Assembly (NCBI GenBank): GCA_965261835.1
Contig: OZ253478.1
Span: forward strand, 1,624,832-1,688,831
DNA: 64,000 nt
Reading direction: 5' to 3'
Source of the DNA: Dehalococcoidia bacterium
Lineage (GTDB): Bacteria; Chloroflexota; Dehalococcoidia; SHYD01
Positions 61,343-64,000 of this stretch are shown one piece after another. Both the position numbers and the translations under genes were made by a program. Numbering within the stretch: position 1 is the first letter of the stretch; every line of letters starts with the position of its first letter. Under the pieces are notes generated by a model. That model saw only the letters and a program-made list of their open reading frames with translations. It made no database searches and was not told the origin of the DNA.

Positions 61343-63198
61343 CGAAGCACTCGTTGATCACCAACCCGGCGCGTGAGGTGCTGCTGGTCCAAGTATTCCA
61401 TCAGGGCCAGGGCATATTTTCGGCTCGTGTTGAACATATCCCGTACCTCAGCAACGGTAATGGTACGGTTTTTTTGCAAATGCGCCGTGATCTTGCTCAC
61501 CATCTCCTGATAGGCCGGCGCGCTGAAGTAGATAGATTCACCAACCCGGACCAGCCGCCCCTGGTCCGTCAGCACGTTCGCAATGTCAGCTTCAAAGGGC
61601 AGATCGCTGGGCGGCGAATAGGGCGTCAGCTCCAGCGCCGCCAGCAATTGGCGCGCCTGCTGCTGTTGCGACGGGCTTAGCGCCACTTCATAGCCCGGCA
61701 GGCACACTACAGCGCCGCGTTCCTCCACCATGCCTTCTTGCACCATTAAGTCCAGCGCGTCCGCGGCGGCACGCCCCGGCAGCCGGAGGCGGCTCCGCAG
61801 TTCCTCTTTGGACATCCCGGCCCGTAGCGGTGACGCCTTGTGGAACTCGGCCAGCAGTCGCAGCGCGTGGTCATTCAACCGCTGCCACGTGGCCCGATCC
61901 ATCACCAGCGAGTGGGGATCGGCCAACCGTCCGTTCAGCGCCACCGCATCGCCTTGCTTAACCAGCTGGGAGAGGGTGCGTTCGGCCTCTTCGTGTGATA
62001 TGGCCGCGGTCTTCAGCAGCGTGCCGGCCTCCACCGGTCCCCGAGCCAACTGCTGGAGCATGACACCCTCCGGCGTCCCCTGCGCCAGGGTCTGCAGCGA
62101 GGCGAGGGTGGGCTGGTGGAAGCGCCGGTGCCGTTTGGCTTGGGGCTCCACCACCGTGCCACCGCCAATGGTGCCAAAGGCGGAGCGGATGATGAACGCA
62201 TCGCCCTTGCAGAGCACCAACGGGAACTGCACCCGCAGCTGCGCCCAGCCAACTGCGCCCGGCTCCAGCTCATTAGCATCCAGGAGCCGGAGCTTGGCGG
62301 GCGTCTCGCTTGCCAGCAAGTGCACGGTGCACGAGGCATTGTGGCGCAACGGGTTCGGCACCTCTTTCAGCAACCGAACCTGCGCGTCGAAGACGGTGAT
62401 AGGCCGCAGCCAGCCTGGCGTGGTCACCACGTTGCCTCTTGCCAGGTCCTCGGTGGACACGTTGGTCAGGTTCGCCGCCACCCGGCTGCCCGGCGACGCC
62501 ACGTCCACCTTGTGCCGGTGGGTCTGCAACCCGCGGAGCCGAGTCTTGATCCCCTGGGGCAACAGTTCCACCTCCTGCCCTGTCCGCAGCGAGCCGTCGA
62601 TGAGGGTTCCCGTGACCACAGTGCCAAAACCGGCGATGGTGAACACCCGGTCCACCGGCAATCGCGGCCGGCCGGTGTCCCGTCTAGGAGTCGCCTCTTG
62701 GAGCAGCCCGTCCAAGACGTCCAGCAGCTCTGGCAAACCCTGCCCGGTCACGGCGGATACCGCCAGCAGTGGCGCGTCCGCCAGAGTGGTGCCCTCGAAG
62801 GCGGACCTTACGTCAGCGGTCACTAACTCCAGCCACTCCTCGTCCACTATGTCCCGCTTGGTGAGCACGATGACACCCCGCTCGACCCCCAGCAGGTCGA
62901 GGATGGCGAGGTGCTCCCGGGTCTGGGGCATCATGCCCTCGTCCGCTGCCACAATAAACAGCGCAAGGTCGATGCCGCCCACACCCGCCAGCATATTCTT
63001 AACGAACCGCTCATGGCCGGGGACATCCACAATGCTGACCTCGCGGCCGCTGGGCAGCTTGAGCCACGCGAAGCCGAGGTCGATGGTCATACCCCGCTCT
63101 TTCTCTTCGCGCAAGCGGTCGGGATCGATGCCGGTGAGCGCCTGAACCAGCGTGGATTTGCCGTGGTCTACGTGGCCGGCAGTGCCAATGACGAACAT
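61339..63198 (-). CDS. selB: selenocysteine-specific translation elongation factor SelB
   Basis: G-domain GHVDHGKSTL...DVPGHERF...TKRD. Domains II-III. A long C-terminal winged-helix region ending in ...TRRVGDQRVLR. Confidence 0.9.
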   Translation of the reverse strand: MFVIGTAGHVDHGKSTLVQALTGIDPDRLREEKERGMTIDLGFAWLKLPSGREVSIVDVPGHERFVKNMLAGVGGIDLALFIVAADEGMMPQTREHLAILDLLGVERGVIVLTKRDIVDEEWLELVTADVRSAFEGTTLADAPLLAVSAVTGQGLPELLDVLDGLLQEATPRRDTGRPRLPVDRVFTIAGFGTVVTGTLIDGSLRTGQEVELLPQGIKTRLRGLQTHRHKVDVASPGSRVAANLTNVSTEDLARGNVVTTPGWLRPITVFDAQVRLLKEVPNPLRHNASCTVHLLASETPAKLRLLDANELEPGAVGWAQLRVQFPLVLCKGDAFIIRSAFGTIGGGTVVEPQAKRHRRFHQPTLASLQTLAQGTPEGVMLQQLARGPVEAGTLLKTAAISHEEAERTLSQLVKQGDAVALNGRLADPHSLVMDRATWQRLNDHALRLLAEFHKASPLRAGMSKEELRSRLRLPGRAAADALDLMVQEGMVEERGAVVCLPGYEVALSPSQQQQARQLLAALELTPYSPPSDLPFEADIANVLTDQGRLVRVGESIYFSAPAYQEMVSKITAHLQKNRTITVAEVRDMFNTSRKYALALMEYLDQQHLTRRVGDQRVLR

Positions 63199-63411
63199 AG
63201 AGCGGACTCTGAGGGAAGCTAGGCCATAGGACGCTTAGTACGATTTCGGTAGCAGTATAGCACCCTGGTGACTGAGATAGCACCGCCAGGTGTGCCTAGC
63301 AACGCCTACTCAGCAGTGGAGAACACCGTGGCGAGAGGAGTGGGGAATGCTAGCCGTGCCCCACCTCCAGGTTGCCTTGTCGCTGCGCTTCTCGCAAAGA
63401 CGCCCAGGGCG

Positions 63412-64000
63412 CTACAACAGCAACGACACTGCCGCCGCAATCACCAGCACCCCGATCGCCATCCCCAGCGCGTAGTTGGGCAACTGACCGGTCTGGCTAC
63501 GGCGCAGCACCTCCCCTACGGCAACGGCAAGCGCGCCCGGGCCGTTGATCCCCACGTCGTTCACCACGGCCCGGTCGAAGAAGGCAATGAAGCGTCCCAG
63601 CATCAGCGCCACGCGGTCGATGAGCCACTGATAGACATCATCCAAATAAGCCTTGCGCTCCAGGAACGTGTGCAGACCGGAGAAACGCTCCCGCAACGCC
63701 GTCGCCGACCAAGCCCCCCCCCAGTAGAAGCCTGCAGCGATAACCAGCCCGGTCAGGGAGATGAGCACCGAGAGCCCCATGACCCACAAGTCGGCGTGGT
63801 ACGCCTCCGGTTCGTGCACGTACAGGAACTCGCCGAGCCCACCCGGTAGCCCCAGCCGCCGCCCGGCATTAGGCAACGCCACCAGGCCACCCAGTGCGCT
63901 CAGCATGCCCAACGCCAGCATCGGCGCCAGCATCACCGGCGGTGCCTCGTGTGCGTGCCTTTCGTCAGTATCGGGACGAGGCGATTGAACAGGGGACTCC
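63412..64000 (-). CDS. nuoL: NADH-quinone oxidoreductase subunit L (C-terminal part; gene continues beyond the window end)
   Basis: FLERKAYLDDVYQWLIDRVALMLGRFIAFFDRAVVNDVGINGPGALAVAVGEVLRRSQTGQLPNYALGMAIGVLV is the conserved NuoL/ND5 C-terminus. The reading frame stays open upstream of Met-63936. Confidence 0.8.
   Translation of the reverse strand, partial: ESPVQSPRPDTDERHAHEAPPVMLAPMLALGMLSALGGLVALPNAGRRLGLPGGLGEFLYVHEPEAYHADLWVMGLSVLISLTGLVIAAGFYWGGAWSATALRERFSGLHTFLERKAYLDDVYQWLIDRVALMLGRFIAFFDRAVVNDVGINGPGALAVAVGEVLRRSQTGQLPNYALGMAIGVLVIAAAVSLLL

Noticed and set aside
61339-63198. SECIS element or selenoprotein gene near selB
   Set aside because: No in-frame TGA-containing candidate ORF with a downstream hairpin was recognisable in the window; the selenoprotein genes are presumably elsewhere.

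Overview
High-GC (~63-65%) bacterial chromosomal segment, densely packed with housekeeping genes on both strands. I found no transposase, integrase, IS element or CRISPR array. The gene content (PAC2-family protein, two class-II tRNA nucleotidyltransferase paralogs, NurA/HerA-like genes, mreBC, separate secD and secF, scattered his genes) is compatible with a Chloroflexota- or Deinococcus-Thermus-like organism, but that is only a guess from the sequence.

Recognisable genes: gatA (3-prime partial) and gatC; two perfect CIRCE operators ahead of groES-groEL; a class-A PBP preceded by a SAM methyltransferase; an orphan ABC ATPase in an operon with an alpha/beta hydrolase and an amidohydrolase; alkA-like glycosylase; LLM oxidoreductase; PAC2-family protein; DUF815 ATPase; thpR; acyl-CoA carboxylase beta and alpha subunits; tRNA-Met(CAU) and tRNA-Asp(GUC); ligA-mreB-mreC; a dispersed his cluster (hisH-hisA | mbfA-like, folC, membrane protein | hisF | HEPN, MNT | hisIE | hisC-caiB-like-ech); Rieske oxygenase; pdxS-pdxT; R3H/Ycf45-like ATPase; tmk; TPR protein; def flanked by two CCA-family nucleotidyltransferases; secD-secF; selB; nuoL (5-prime partial).

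The least ordinary region is 55.9-61.4 kb on the minus strand: selB, a tightly coupled unknown 261-aa gene, a NurA-like nuclease, an SDR, two small putative HAS-barrel proteins and a HerA/DUF87 FtsK-like ATPase. The ATPase is either a split gene (GTGA-overlapped) or a frameshifted one. Other points of interest: a HEPN/MNT toxin-antitoxin pair wedged between hisF and hisIE; a small ORF between the two CIRCE elements; a repeat-rich 450-bp leader in front of hisC; a Cys-rich ORF coupled to one of the CCA enzymes; an in-frame tandem duplication inside tmk.
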